NCBI GenBank assembly: GCA_951406725.2
Contig: OX597835.1
Coordinates: 25,048,001 to 25,112,000 of the forward strand
DNA from: Octopus vulgaris
Lineage: Eukaryota
Reading direction: 5' to 3'
DNA length: 64,000 nucleotides
Positions 14,101 to 28,035 of the stretch are shown here, one piece after another. How positions within the stretch are numbered: position 1 is the stretch's first letter; each line of letters opens with the position of its first letter. The notes beneath the pieces are model-generated. The model was not told the DNA's origin and did no database searches. It was given only the letters and a program-made list of their open reading frames with translations. Position numbers and translations under genes: made by a program.

Positions 14101-14455
14101 TTTTTACTTGTTTCAGTCATTTGACTGCGGCCATGCTGGAGCACCACCTTTTAGTACTTATTCTATCGGTCTCTTTTTGCCGAACCGCTAAGTGACGGGG
14201 ACATAAACACACCAGCATCGGTTGTCAAGCAATGCTAGGGGGACAAACACAGACACACAAACACACACACATATACATATATATACATATATACGACAGG
14301 CTTCTTTCAGTTTCCGTCTACCAAATCCACTCACAAGGCATTGGTCGGCCCGGAGCTATAGCAGAAGACACTTGCCCAAGATGCCACGCAGTGGGACTGA
14401 ACCCGCAACCGTGTGGTTGGTTAGCAAGCTACTTACCACACAGCCACTCCTGCGC

Positions 14456-14458
<3 letters not shown>
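14101..14458 (-). mobile_element. SINE family A, well preserved
   Basis: Near-consensus, and shares diagnostic gtgacggggacataaac...gcaatgctaggggg with 45795-46184. Confidence 0.9.
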
Positions 14459-14494
<36 letters not shown>

Positions 14495-14562
14495 TATATA
14501 TATGTGTGTGTGTGTGTGTACGTGTGTGTACCTATACGTACATTTAAGCAGAAAAACATACA

Positions 14563-14609
<47 letters not shown>

Positions 14610-15339
14610 TGACTCAGACTACTTTTTATGTCTCCTTTTCCCTTAAGTTATTTTCCTGTTATCTTAGAGGGGGGAGTAGGTTAAGCCAGTTTTGTATTTA
14701 TACTAGCTTTGTACACCCCCTCTAGTCAGTTCTCTGTCACATTACTATATGTAGGTACATACATACATCATACATACATACATACATACATACATGTATA
14801 TGTGCAAATATATGTATATATATTGTTGTTATTATAATTATAATTATGTTGACTTAAATTCTTTTAAAATGTATTTCATGGTTTGTCAACCACTCCAACA
14901 ACAACAAGGCACAGCATAGGCACCACCATCATCATCATCATCATTATCACCACATCAGTTTCCTCACCATCCTCATGGCCATTAGTCCAAGTCCCCTTCT
15001 TATCAGCAAGTACCATCAAGTTCCTTGGTTCCCCGCCTTCCCCCAACCGGTACCATCCACACTAGGTCCCCCCTGTTACTGCCAACCCCTTCTCATCATT
15101 ATCATTAGTGCTATCAGTTCTTCTATCTCTAAATCCATCATCAACCAAGCTCTCTGCTATATCACCATCACCCCCTCCTCATCAACAGCATCAAGTCCTC
15201 TGCTTTGCACATTGCATTGCCCTCATTGCCTTCTACTTTTGCTATTAACTCAAAAGAGAAATTGTCTTGAGAAATATACACATGACTGAAGCTTTTTTTT
15301 TTGTTTTTTAGTCCATCCCTATAGTAATAAAGATCTTAA

Positions 15340-15560
15340 CCCTTTCGTTACTGTATTTATTTTCGGGTGCTCCGTGTTTCTTCCAATTATTTTAAATATA
15401 ACAAAGAATTTAGTAAAATAACATCGTTGTCATTAAGCTAGTGTAAGGAACATAAGTTGTGACTAAGGTTTGGTGGAAGATTTTAATTCAGAACTTTTGA
15501 AAACCAGACATTTGTACTAAAGAGCCAGAGCCAGTTTCAGCCGGGTTGGTAACGAAAGGG
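15340..15560. mobile_element. piggyBac-type MITE
   Basis: TTAA|CCCTTTCGTTAC ... GTAACGAAAGGG|TTAA: perfect 12-bp TIRs with a TTAA target duplication. Confidence 0.9.
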
Positions 15561-15564
15561 TTAA

Positions 15565-16344
15565 CTGGCTGAAAGTGTTATCATGTACATGCTTTGTCTT
15601 GGTGTAAAAGATGAGTTACAGCAAATATTCTGCTCGATGCCTCAGTTGCTTGACAATATTGCTTAGTAGCTGACATTATGTGTATCGCTTGTCACATGCA
15701 GAAGTAGTGGGGGCACATCGTAGCCATGTGTCGAGAGGAATTCTTTGGGGTTTGAATAAGTCACCTCTGGAAACATGGGTGTTTCATTCATCATCCTTAA
15801 ACAATCCTTATTCAGGGACCTTTTGAGCAGGAAGGGCTATTCAACCTGAAGAGAATTCAAACTGGGCCCCACCTGCAAGGTCATGTACTGTTTATCTTGA
15901 TATGAGATCACCATGTCAAGCACTTATGCTTGTGATGCATGTGCCTGGTGTACCCTTATTAGACGGGTAATCATGATGGGTATATTAGGCTTCGCATATT
16001 TGTACCCCACTGTCACTTTGGTGGCATGCACTGCTCTCTCACTCAATAGTAATAAGCCAGTTACAATACCAGTGATTGCAGGAGCATTTGGAATGATCAG
16101 AAAAGTAACCAAAAATTCTTTAAGAATGATCCCTGGTTTACCATCCATGCAGGAAGTGCAAAAGATTGTCTTAACTGGTACGTCATACTGTTTATCTTGG
16201 TATGAGATCACTATATCATGCGCATACGGTTGTGATGCATGTGCCTGATGTATTCTTATCAGATGGGTGGTTATGATCGGTATATTGGGCTTTGTATATT
16301 TGTATCTTGCTGTCACTTTGAAAACATGTGTTGCTTTCACACTC

Positions 16345-16345
<1 letters not shown>
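15565..16345 (+). mobile_element. Two tandem 3' ends of an R4/Dong-type non-LTR retrotransposon ending in TAA repeats
   Basis: 16056-16185 encodes TIPVIAGAFGMI...IPGLPSMQEVQKIVLTGT, resembling the C-terminus of a restriction-like endonuclease ORF. The blocks 15885-16050 and 16185-16345 are diverged duplicates, each ending cactcaata(g/a)taataa. Confidence 0.7.
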
Positions 16346-16410
<65 letters not shown>

Positions 16411-16468
16411 TTCACTTTTTAGTACAATGCCAGCAACTTCAGGAGTTGGGGTAAGTTGATGACATCAA

Positions 16469-16507
<39 letters not shown>

Positions 16508-16509
<2 letters not shown>

Positions 16510-16665
16510 ATGGGCTTCTTTCAGTTTCTGTCTTCTAAATCCACTCACAAGGCTTTGGTTGGCCCAAGGCTATAGTAGAAGACACTTGCCCGTGGTGTCA
16601 CGCAGTGGGACTGAACCCTGAGACTATGTGGTTGGTAAGCAAACTTCTTACCACACAGCCATGCC
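16508..16665 (-). mobile_element. SINE family A, 5' half
   Basis: gggcttctttcagttt...gacacttgccc...cagtgggactgaacc. Confidence 0.8.
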
Positions 16666-17322
16666 AGTTGTTTATTTATTTTAGTTGTGTTTTAATCTGT
16701 AAAGATCTAACCCTGATTGCCCCTTCCCCCTTTAATGTTCGTCGCCCCCCCCCCCTTCCCACTCTGCCCTTCTTTCATAATTTTAGTGTTTAAACCCTTG
16801 AAAAACCTGTTGATGATACTCTTTATTTCTTTCTCTCCCCTTTTAGTACCCCCCCCCCCCATTTCTTATGGTGCTGTTGAAAAGAGGTGTAAGAGAAGGA
16901 ATCTTTGTGTGTGTGTGTGTGTGTGTGTGTGTGGAAATGTGATACCAGTCTGTGTGTACACAGCAATTAATAACTGTAACAGATAAGAGCTGTAAGAGAC
17001 ATCTGATAAGGGGTTTTAATCATTCAGGCAGGTTTAAAATAAAACTCAACAGTATGGATTTTTGGTGGGGGTTTTTATCATCAGCAACAATATGCACCAT
17101 ATATCACACACATGCATGCACACACATACACACATACATACATACATACATACACAGTGTATGTGTGTGTTTATCACACATTTTTGCAGCTAATTACAGG
17201 GTCTGTTCATGGACATGCATAATAAATCTGTTGTTTATTTTAATAACAGAATACCTGGTGGTGTTGGTGGAGGTGGTACAATACTAATGATCATGATGAT
17301 GGTCATAATATTAAATGATTCC

Positions 17323-17668
17323 AAGGCAGCGAGCTGGCAGAAACGTTAGCACACCAGGTGAAATACTTGGCAGTATTTCATCTGTTTTTACAGAGTGAGT
17401 TCAAATTCCACCAAGGTCGACTTCGCCTTTCATCCATTTGAGGTTGATAAATTAAGTACCAGTTGCATACTGGGGTCGATCTAATCGACTGGCCTCCTCG
17501 CCAAAAATTTAATGCCTCGTGTTCTGAGTTCGAATTCCACTGAGGTTGATTTTGCCTTTCATCTTTTCAGGGCCAATAAGATAAGTACCAGTTGACTACT
17601 GGGGTCGATGCAATCCACTAGTCCCCTCCCTCCAAATTTCAGGTCTTGTGCTTGTAATAGAAAGGATT
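17323..17668 (+). mobile_element. SINE family B, two tandem copies
   Basis: The gagttc(a/g)aattccac...gcctttcatc block occurs twice. Confidence 0.8.
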
Positions 17669-18132
17669 ATTATTATCATCGTAATTTGCCAAGTGAGAGA
17701 GAAAGGCTAACATAAAGGAAATCTTACAAATTGCTTTGTGCTACAGAAATGGTTCTGTTTGCTTTTCAAATCCATTGTTATAAAGATCGTAAAAGACAAT
17801 GTCTCAGCCTCACACTTCACCTCATTTTTGACTGGACGTGTTTTTCTAATAGTTATTTCTTTACAGACAACACAGAATAGACCTTGGCATCAGTGACACA
17901 GTCTCTGTGATACAATATTCATTGTCTATTGTTGGTTAATTGATAAAATTATATCTGTGTGTGTGTGTGTATATATATGTGTATATATCTTTATATATGT
18001 GTATGTTTATGTATATAAGTGTGTATATATCTTCATATATGTGTGTGTATGCATGTGTATTTGTGTCAGGGCATATGTATGTGTGTGTGTGTGTGTCTGA
18101 TTCTGTGAGTGTTTGTGTGTGAGCATATGATT

Positions 18133-18187
<55 letters not shown>

Positions 18188-18967
18188 ATTGTGCTTGTAT
18201 GTATATGTTATAGATCATGTGAATGTACCCCTGCGTGTGTGGGTCTGGATTGGGTGGGGAAGAGGAAGGAACAGTGTTCTGCCATTCACAGCAGTATGTA
18301 TTTGCCTACTTACAATACAATAAAAGACACCGTTTGTTTATACTAGTGCAACCATTAAACGAAACTGTCTTCTTCAGAACACTTTGCCAATCTTGTGGTC
18401 CACGATCCCCCATGATGGTAAACAATGGCTTTTGAATCCAGTCTTATTAATTTAAACATTCGCATTTGACTTCCTCCACCCCTCCCTATTCACATACACA
18501 TTCTTTTACAGATCTCAGTTATTGTCTGTGCCAAACTGCTTCCAATATATTTTTAGTTAATCAGATCAACCTCCAGGGCTTAATTCAATGAGTGTGTGTG
18601 TGACACCAGCCCTCTGGAATACCTTCTTTGCAAGTATCAGCTTATAATGGTTCAAGAGGAACATTATTGGCATTGGTTTCATTGGTATGAGAGGTACTGT
18701 GAAGAGCAAGAGTTACAACTATTACCTCCAGACTTGGCAAGTAAATGTGTGTGTGTGTGTGTGTGAGAGTCTTCTACGTTTCCATCTACCAAATTCCACT
18801 CAAATGATATTTATTGGTCAACCTGAAGGCGCTTGCTGTACCATGCGATGAGCTGGAACTCAAAACTGCACGATTGCAAAGCAAATTTCTTAAGCACAGT
18901 TGGGTTGGGGGGGGGGGGGAGACTGCATACACATATATTCAAAGTATGTGAACATTTACTTTAACAT

Positions 18968-19355
18968 ATAGGCACAGGAGCGGCTATGTGGTAAGAAGCT
19001 TGCTTACCAACCACGTGGTTCCAGTTTCAGCCCTACTGTGTGGTACCATGGACAAGTGTCTTCTACTATAGCCTCGGGTCAACCAAAGCCTTGTGAGTGG
19101 ATTTGGTCGAGGGAAACTCACAGAAGCCTGTCATGTATATATGTGTGTGTGTGAGTCTATGTTTGTCCCCCCAACATCACTTGACATCTGATGTTGGTGT
19201 GCTTACATCCCTGTAACTTAGCTGTTTGGCAAAAAAAAAACCCCAATAGAATAATTACTAGGCTTGCAAAGAATAAGTCCTGGGGTCAATTTGCTCGACT
19301 AAAGGCGGTGCTCCCGCATAGCCACAGTCAAATGACTGAAACAGATAAAAGAATA
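18968..19355 (+). mobile_element. SINE family A, full length
   Basis: ggcacaggagcggctatgtggtaag head to cagtcaaatgactgaaacag tail. Confidence 0.88.
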
Positions 19356-20239
19356 TATGAGAAAAACTGCCCATCATCCTATGTCAGGATGCACATGTGA
19401 TATAAAACTGTTGATGGTTATAGATATATTGCCATCATCATTTCATCATCATGTCCCCTTTTCTGTTTTTGCAATGGTCAAACGAAATTCATTGAAACAG
19501 AATGTTTTTACGGCCAGATGCTCTTTCTGTTCCCAACCCTCACTTGTTCCCAAGCAAGGCAATATTTTTCCTCTCATTATCATCCTTCAAACATGGTTGA
19601 TCAACCAATACCAGACAGTCTGGATTCACAATGTAACTGACTTACACAGCAAACCCTGGTGGTTGGTTTCATTGTACCATTCATCCTTCTGATCGCTGAA
19701 TGCAAAAATGTAGTTCGCGAGACCTCTGTTCCAGTGATTTATCCCTGGGTAGTCCTCTCACCCTTGTAACTTCCTTTCATTCAGTTGAGCCTCCTACAGA
19801 CAAGTAACCATCTCCTTTTCTTCCCTTGCACAATATCGGATGGCCGTTGACTCCCCTGATTTCTTCCACCCTTTTCCTTCCAACACCAGACATGTTTTCA
19901 TGGAAGAGTGCAAACAAATGAGCCTGCTTGCACAACATTTACATCTGTTTACAATTAGCATGTGATGTCAAAATGATAAAGGCATACATTTACAATCATC
20001 AGTGTGGATATCATCATCATTATCATCATTATCATCACCCTCGTCATTTAACTTTCCTTTACTCCTGCTGGCATGAGATGGCTAGTTCAACACAAATTGA
20101 TGGGCCAGAAGGATGGGCCAAGTTCCAATGTCTGCTTAGTATAGTTCCTACAGCCAGATGTAGAACATTCTTGTGTTCTACCTTATAACCCAGTTTTTCA
20201 TGTAGATTACTAGCAAACTACAACTACCAAAATATATTC

Positions 20240-20445
20240 ATCATCATCATCATCATCATCGTTTAGCGTCCAACTGGGGTCTGGGAAGCCAGAAGGCTGC
20301 ACCAGGCCCAGTCTGATCTAGCAATGTTTCTATGACTGGATGCCCTTCCTAATGCCAACCACTCCATGAGTGTAGTGGGTGCTTTTTACGTGCCAGACGA
20401 GGCTGGCAAACGGCCACGATCAGATGGTGCTTATTACGTGCCACC
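20240..20445 (-). mobile_element. Retroposon family C
   Basis: Close match to 11303-11544. Confidence 0.8.
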
Positions 20446-20784
20446 TAATAGAAAAAAGCAAAATGGAGATTAAACAATAAGGTAACTTTTGACAAGTTAC
20501 CTGACAAGACACATCTGCACCTTTGATGCACCACAACTGTTTGTACAGCATCTCACCTGCCAGGTAACGGTGCACAATGAGTTGAAGTAATTGTAGTGAA
20601 TAATAAAGACCCTCGTAAATTCCATTTTCTTTCTTTCATATTTTATAAACCCTCCAGACACAAAGGAATTCCTGAACTAAATCCAGTGGCATTTACATCC
20701 ATGCTGTTGACATCAGCTAGTTGAATACAATGAATGGGCTTTAAATGCCACGCTACAAGGTGGATACCCAGATTTAAAATATAG

Positions 20785-21199
<415 letters not shown>

Positions 21200-22024
21200 C
21201 TGTTTCTTCTCCGTTTTTGCCTACCAAATTCATTTAGATGGTTTCTGTCAGCCTCAGGCTATAATGGAGGTAAAAGACACTTGCCCAAGGTACCATGCAG
21301 TGGGACTAAATGCAAAACCCTGCGTGTGTTTGTAAAATGAACTTCTTCACCCCCTGGCCATGCTTGTATTCGTTTATTACCATGCCTGAGCAGAAGCTTT
21401 CTGTTCCATTAATGTCAAATAACTACTACCATGCGGCGGCCACCACCACCACCACCATCACTTAGCTGGGTTGGTTTTTTAAATTTTTTTTTTTTTTTTA
21501 ATTAATGATGACCTGTAAATGATGCAAATATTTGCCTTGATAAAAGATAGGGAAATTTGGCCTAAACTCTTGTGTACATTCACAGACACACACACACTCT
21601 ACTGCCACTGCACAGTCCCCACCCACCCCCTCCATCATTCCATCACTCCTCCCTCCATCCTTCCCTCCTGAAATTCTGTTGTATTCATTTGGTCCTTATT
21701 TAATGCTACTGTCTTAAGTATTTTAATTAGGCATCATTGTTAATTTTCTTTGCAAAATATTTCTTCTCTTTCCCTCCTATTTCTGTCCATCATCTCTCCC
21801 TTGTGTTCTCTCTCTCTCTCCCTCTCTCTCTCTCTCTCTTTGGGAATGTGTATTATAATGTATGTAATCTTATAAACACACACACACACACACACGTGTA
21901 TATGTAAATATACATGTGTTTATATGCATATAAATGCTTACTCATAAATGTATGTAGATGCATGCGGGTGCATTTGCATATGTGTGTATGTATATGCACG
22001 TACATCTGTACATGCATATATGCA

Positions 22025-22068
<44 letters not shown>

Positions 22069-22623
22069 ATACACACATTGCCTCTGTGACAGTTATGTAG
22101 CTTGGGGTGGTGTTAGGGGTGCCTGTGTCCCACCTGTCTCTATTTGTTTTCATTGTCTTACACTAACTTATATTTCACCTCCAGCCAAGTACACACCAAC
22201 AACAAACACAGGTGAAAGAGTGTGTGTGTGTCTGCATATATATATATACATATACAGCGGCTACCTTTTCTCTTATTAGTCATCTAAATTCTCTTCTATT
22301 CTTGCCTTTTGTGAAATGTTTATAACTTTGCTCCTTTTGTGTCTTTGTGTGCCTCCATATTTATCTTTGCGTGTATATGCATTATATTCGTTGTTGCATA
22401 TTTCTCATTGTGTGTGTGTGTCTGCATGCGTGTTTGTTTTAAACCCAGTTTCATAAATGCCAGTGCATAAATCTTTCGCCTCTTGAGTCACTTTGTAACT
22501 TACACCAATGAATAATAAAAATAAAAGTTTTTTTTTTGTTTTTTTTTGTTTTTTAGGTATTTCTCAGTATTTGTTTTTATGTTCAGTTACATTAAAATCA
22601 CTCATGGATCCCTCTGGTGTGCC

Positions 22624-22936
22624 GGTTGTTTTTTGTTTGTTCCTTCTCGAGCCATGCCCGGCTCATAAGGGCCGGTTTCTTGGTTTCTTGGCGTATAGGT
22701 TCTCCACCTGGATGGGACGCCAGTCCATCGCAGGTGAGCTGCAAGATGCAGGAGGAAAGAGTGAGAGAAAGTTGTGGCGAAAGAGTCAGCAGAAGTTTCG
22801 CCATTACCTTCTGCTGGAGCTGCGTGGAGCTTGGGTGTCTCACTCATAAACACACACATCGTCCGGTCTGAGATTCGAACCTACAATCCCTCGACCGCGA
22901 GTCCACTGCTCTAACCACTAGGCCATGCGCCTCCAC
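22624..22936 (-). mobile_element. Full-length tRNA-derived SINE (family E) with a 10-bp TSD
   Basis: A box TGGCCTAGTGG, B box GGTTCGAATC, gcgatggactggcgtcccatccagg body and A-rich tail. ctggtgtgcc is duplicated at 22614-22623 and 22937-22946. Confidence 0.9.
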
Positions 22937-23125
22937 CTGGTGTGCCAGTGGCACGTAAAAAGGATCTAGCACACTTTTAAAGTGGTTGACATTAGAAAGG
23001 GCATCCAGCTGTAGAAATCATGCCACAGCAGACAGTTGTAGTCTGGACAGTGCCCTGCTAACTAGCTCCATGTCAAACCGTCCAACCCGTGCCAGCATGG
23101 AATGCAAACATTTAACAATGATGAT
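22937..23125 (+). mobile_element. Retroposon family C
   Basis: ggcacgtaaaaag...gggcatccagctgtagaaa...atgatgatg. Confidence 0.75.
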
Positions 23126-24197
23126 GGTGGTATGCTATAATTTTGTAGAGTGCAAATTTATTATTCTCAAACAAGAATATTGTTGACAGTGACCTCAAAG
23201 TTCTGGCCAACTAAGCCATTGTTGGACTGCAATGCAGTAGAATTAGTCTTAGACATAACAGAGACTATACAAAGACAAGTAACTTTTCTGCTGAGGTCGA
23301 CTTTGCCTTTCATCCTTTCGGGGTCGATAAATTAAGTACCAGCTGCGTACTGAGGTTGATCTAATTTCCATGTCTTTGTATGTCTTTCATACCACCTTTC
23401 TTGCATGAAAGCCAGTTAGAAATCACTTTTACATTTCTATGTTATATTTGTGTGCATTTTACAATTATGAATATGTGATATACAAACCCCATTTTCCATA
23501 AAACGAATGTTGTTTTACTTCACTGCGTAGGTTATGTATGTCTTTCTATGTATAATATTCGTACTTTTGTGTGTGTAAATCTAAATATTTTTCTACAAAT
23601 ATTTCTGTTTTTTTCTTTTGCAGGGATTCCCTGTTTCATGTGATACCATATAATGCAACAAACAACTTTGTGGTGCAGTATGTAGGAATGCCGTAATCTT
23701 CACCTGCGGATACCAAAAAAAGCAACCCCCAACCTCCAAAAGGATATACAAACATATATATATATATATGTATAGCACGTGTGTATGTATGAATGCATAT
23801 ATATATATGTATATGTATAATACATACCTAACATAACAAGCGGTTTTTCTACTGCTGTATCACCGCCGCCAGGGACACCACCATTGGATTAAGAGTTGAA
23901 GGGTGGTTGTTATATTGCAGACAATGTGAAGGAAGGGGGAGACGTCTTACCAAGAAAAATTATTAAAAAAAAAAAAACCGTTTGACTGACAATATTCAGT
24001 CATGGTAAACTGGAAGAGCCAACTAGTCTTTGTACTCTTAATTGTACTTCTTTTCCAAGTTTCAAGATCTGAAAACGAAGGAGGTGAGTAGAAATGCACA
24101 CATAAGCACATATGAATGCACATGCACAACTGTTCACCTTGCTAACTTGGCTTTGTGTCTACCTGCATCTTAACCTGTCTTTCTCTCTCTCTCTCTC

Positions 24198-24231
<34 letters not shown>

Positions 24232-24326
24232 CCCTCTCTCTCCCTTATCTATCTACCTCACTTATTACATCCTAATACTCCTGTCTCTTCCTACTACTAT
24301 GCACACACTGACAAACACATTTATAC

Positions 24327-24411
<85 letters not shown>

Positions 24412-25297
24412 ATATGTATGTATATATATATAGACACACACACACATACATACTCACACATATACACACACATACCTTCCTCTTTTTCTCACCTATCCAC
24501 CTTACAACAAACCAAAATGTTCTTTACTCCTACCAGTCACACACACACACATGCATGCATTCACGCACACCTGTATGTCTACCTGTTTCCCAGAAGGAAT
24601 TTCTTAATGCCCCTTTCACCTGCAATTATATTCGAGAAACAAAACAAGAATTTTTTTATTATCCTTATCATTACTACTACTACTACTAATATTACTACTA
24701 CTACTACTACTATTGTTACTATTATTTCTTTTTATCTCATAAACATCTAGCCACTACCCACCCCCCTCTGATCTCTATCTAATTTATATCCTTCTGTCTC
24801 GTTATTTTTTTTTTAATAAAAGCTCCTATTAGATAAAAAAATAATATTCTTTCTTACGCACCCCACACACCTCCACCACCACTACACCCGTTTCGTTGCA
24901 TGTTTATTCCCCCCACCTCCATCGAAAAACAACAGTTGTTTGAGCCCTTCATTGCTCATTTAAATATATAATTTTATTTGTATTTTAAGACTTTTTTATG
25001 ATGTTTTTATTGCACATGTATGGGGGTGGGGGTTTCTTCCTTTATCCCATCACTCCCTACTTCCAATATTATTTGAGCTGTGTGCTGTTTGATAATGCAT
25101 TTGAATCTTATGTTGGGACTATATCATATGTCTTTGATGATATGAGACGTTCAGGCACAGCTCTTCCGGTGTCACCTATCTGCCGTTGCTGATTTGGTGC
25201 CGACTTATTTGACATGAAATATTTGTGTCTCTCTCTCTCTCTCTTTCTTCCTCTGTGATCTTCTAGTTATGTTTGTATAGACATGTAAAGTCTCTCT

Positions 25298-25341
<44 letters not shown>

Positions 25342-25931
25342 GTACAACTTAGATTGGTTTCGGCCATTATTGGCCCAGGCCATGGCTAACTCAATAGCAC
25401 CACCTGGAAATATATATATACATATATATATATATATGTATGTGTGTTTATATATATATATATATGCGCAGGCATATAGGAAAACAAAACGATGGAACAA
25501 GAACATAATAGGCGACAACACAACATTTGGACAGTTAGACGATACAAAAAAGGACAGGAAAAAAGAAGGACGGGTCATTCAGAGCTTCCTATCCTCAGTC
25601 GAGTACCAGATTATCTTAGCAGTTTCGGCCACTTACACTCGAAACTGCTCCAATCTGGCCGGCCCCAAGAAAATCTAAGCTAAGGGCACTAGATTCCTTG
25701 GAAGAAAGCAAATGAATGCATACGAAAACAAGGACGAAAAATAAAACGGAGAAATGTTACACAATTACAAATACAAATAACAGGGGACATTAGCAATAGG
25801 TGTCTTTCGACTAAGGACAAATTAAATTAAGCTGGCGTGTGTGGAAGTCAGGGTCATAAGAGATGAAAGTCATGGGAAGGAATATAAGAGATGCTACACA
25901 GATGGTAGTCGAACCAAGAAGTATATCCCTT

Positions 25932-25985
<54 letters not shown>

Positions 25986-26144
25986 GTTTATCTTTGTGAG
26001 CTTCTAATGCTTGTATGTACATGTACCGTCTTTCTCTCCCTCTCAATCTGTATCTGTCTATTGCTGCGTTTGTGTGTGTGCGTATGTGTTTGCTTCCAGC
26101 GTTCAAACAGTTCCTGCATCCAATCATCTTATTTCACTTCTCTG

Positions 26145-26264
26145 AAATGGTTCCGGGTTCATTCCCACTGCGTGGCACCTTGAGCAAGTGTCTTCTATAA
26201 CCTCGGGCCGACCAAAGCTTTGTGAGTGGATTTGGTAGACGGAAACTGAAAGAAGCCCGTCGTA

Positions 26265-26338
<74 letters not shown>

Positions 26339-26565
26339 CATGTATGTGTGTGTATATGTTTGTGTGTCGTGTTTGTCCCCCAACATCGCTTGACAACCGA
26401 TGCTGGTGTGTTTACGTCCCTGTAACTTAGAGGTTCGGCAAAAGAGACCGATAGAATAAGTACTAGGCTTCTTAAGAATAAGTCCTGAGGTCGATTTGCT
26501 CGACTAAAAGGCGGTGCTCCAGCATGGCTGCAGTCAAATGACTGAAACCAGTAAAAGAGTAAAGA
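26145..26565 (+). mobile_element. SINE family A, 5'-truncated head
   Basis: atggttccgggttcattcccactgcgtggcacc to aatgactgaaaccagtaaaagag. Confidence 0.88.
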
Positions 26566-26604
26566 GTAATACTAAACCACTGAATAATAATAATAATAAT
26601 ATCT

Positions 26605-27035
26605 TCTATTAGTGGCACAAGACCTCAAATTTGGGAGCAGGAGTATAGTTGGTTACATGGACTCCAATACTCGACTGGTTCTTAATTTATCGACTTCAAA
26701 CGGATGAAAGGCAAAGTCGACCTCGGCAGAATTTGAACTCAGAACGTAGCGATGGCCTAAGCATTTCGTCCAACGTGCTAACGATTCTGCCAGCCCGCCG
26801 CCTTATGTATAATAATCCTTTCTACTTAGAGTCACAGGGCCTGGAATTGTGGGGTCGGGGGAGTATGTTTATTACATCGACCTCAGTACTCAACTGGTAC
26901 CTAATTTATATCGACTCCGAAAGGATGAAAGGCAAAGTCGACCTCGGCGGAATTTGAACTCAGAACGTAGCGATGGACGAAATTGCCGTTAAGCATTTCG
27001 TCCAGCATGCTAACGATTCTGCCAGCTCGCCGTCT
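26605..27035 (-). mobile_element. SINE family B, two tandem copies
   Basis: ggatgaaaggcaaagtcgacctcggc...aatttgaactcagaacgtagcgatgg occurs twice. Confidence 0.85.
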
Positions 27036-27542
27036 TAATAGTAATAATAATAGTAGTAGTAGTAGTAGTAATTATTATTATTATTATTAGAAATCCAGCT
27101 GGTTACGCATCCTCCCAACATGAGAAACAGCATCTTTATGAGAACATGTCAACCTACATTCTTGAGATTTACCATTTACTACTTTACTCCACACACCATT
27201 TCCGCCTTGTTGCTCCCCACCCGGTTCCCACCCGAACTCCGCACCCCCATCCTCAGAAACCATACATATAACAACATCCACCCACAAATTTCTTTTTGGA
27301 TAACCTAAACACCAGCTTCATATGTCACTTCCCCTCATATGTTTTTCCAAAGTCCTTCCTGCTTCACACACTTAAGGCTGATAAAGCTCATTATAAATGA
27401 TCGAGGCGACGGCAGCGCTGGTGATTGATGATGGTGGGATCGGTGAATATGTTGATGGTGACGATGATGGCGGTGGCAGTGGTTGTTATGGTGGTGGTGG
27501 TGATGATGTAGGAGGCAGCAGGCGGTGTTGGTGATATTGATG

Positions 27543-27775
27543 ACGGCGAGCTGGCAGAATCGTTAGCACGCTGGGCGAAATGCGTAGCCGTATTTCGTCT
27601 ACCGTTACGTTCTAAGTTCAAATTCCGCCGAGGTCGACTTTGCCTTTCATCCTTTGGGGGTCGATAAATTAAGTACCGGTTACGCACTGGGGTCGATGTA
27701 ATCGACTTGATCCGTTTGTCTGTCCTTGTTTGTCCCCTCTATGTTTAACCCCTTGTGGGTAATAAAGAAACAGAT
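27543..27775 (+). mobile_element. SINE family B, full length
   Basis: ggcgagctggcagaatcg to ccccttgtgggtaataaagaaa. Confidence 0.88.
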
Positions 27776-27883
27776 ATTGATGACGGTAGTGATGGTTATG
27801 GTGGGAAAGTCTTTGTCTGTGGTAGTGGTGGAGGTAATGATGATGCCAGTGGCGGTGGGTGATGCTGGTTGGTATTGATGATG

Positions 27884-28035
27884 TGCAGGTGTGGCTGTGT
27901 GGTAAGAAGTTTGCTTTTCAACCACATGGTTTCGGGTTCAGTCCTACAGCGTTGCACTTTGGCCAAGATTCTTCTACTATAGCCCCCAGGCCGACCGAAG
28001 CCTCGTGAGTGGATTTGGTAGAGAGAAACTTAAGA
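27884..28035 (+). mobile_element. SINE family A, 5' half, abutting a family B copy
   Basis: gcaggtgtggctgtgtggtaagaag...gtgagtggatttggtag. Confidence 0.8.

Noticed and set aside
11843-14725. Recurring peptides such as RRHLPKVPRSGTEPGTMWL and EDTCPRCHAVGLNP
   Set aside because: Frames of SINE family A, repeated at every copy; not a protein family.
22860-22936. tRNA gene
   Set aside because: The A/B boxes belong to a SINE head that continues into a SINE body with a tail and TSD; no complete acceptor stem is evident.
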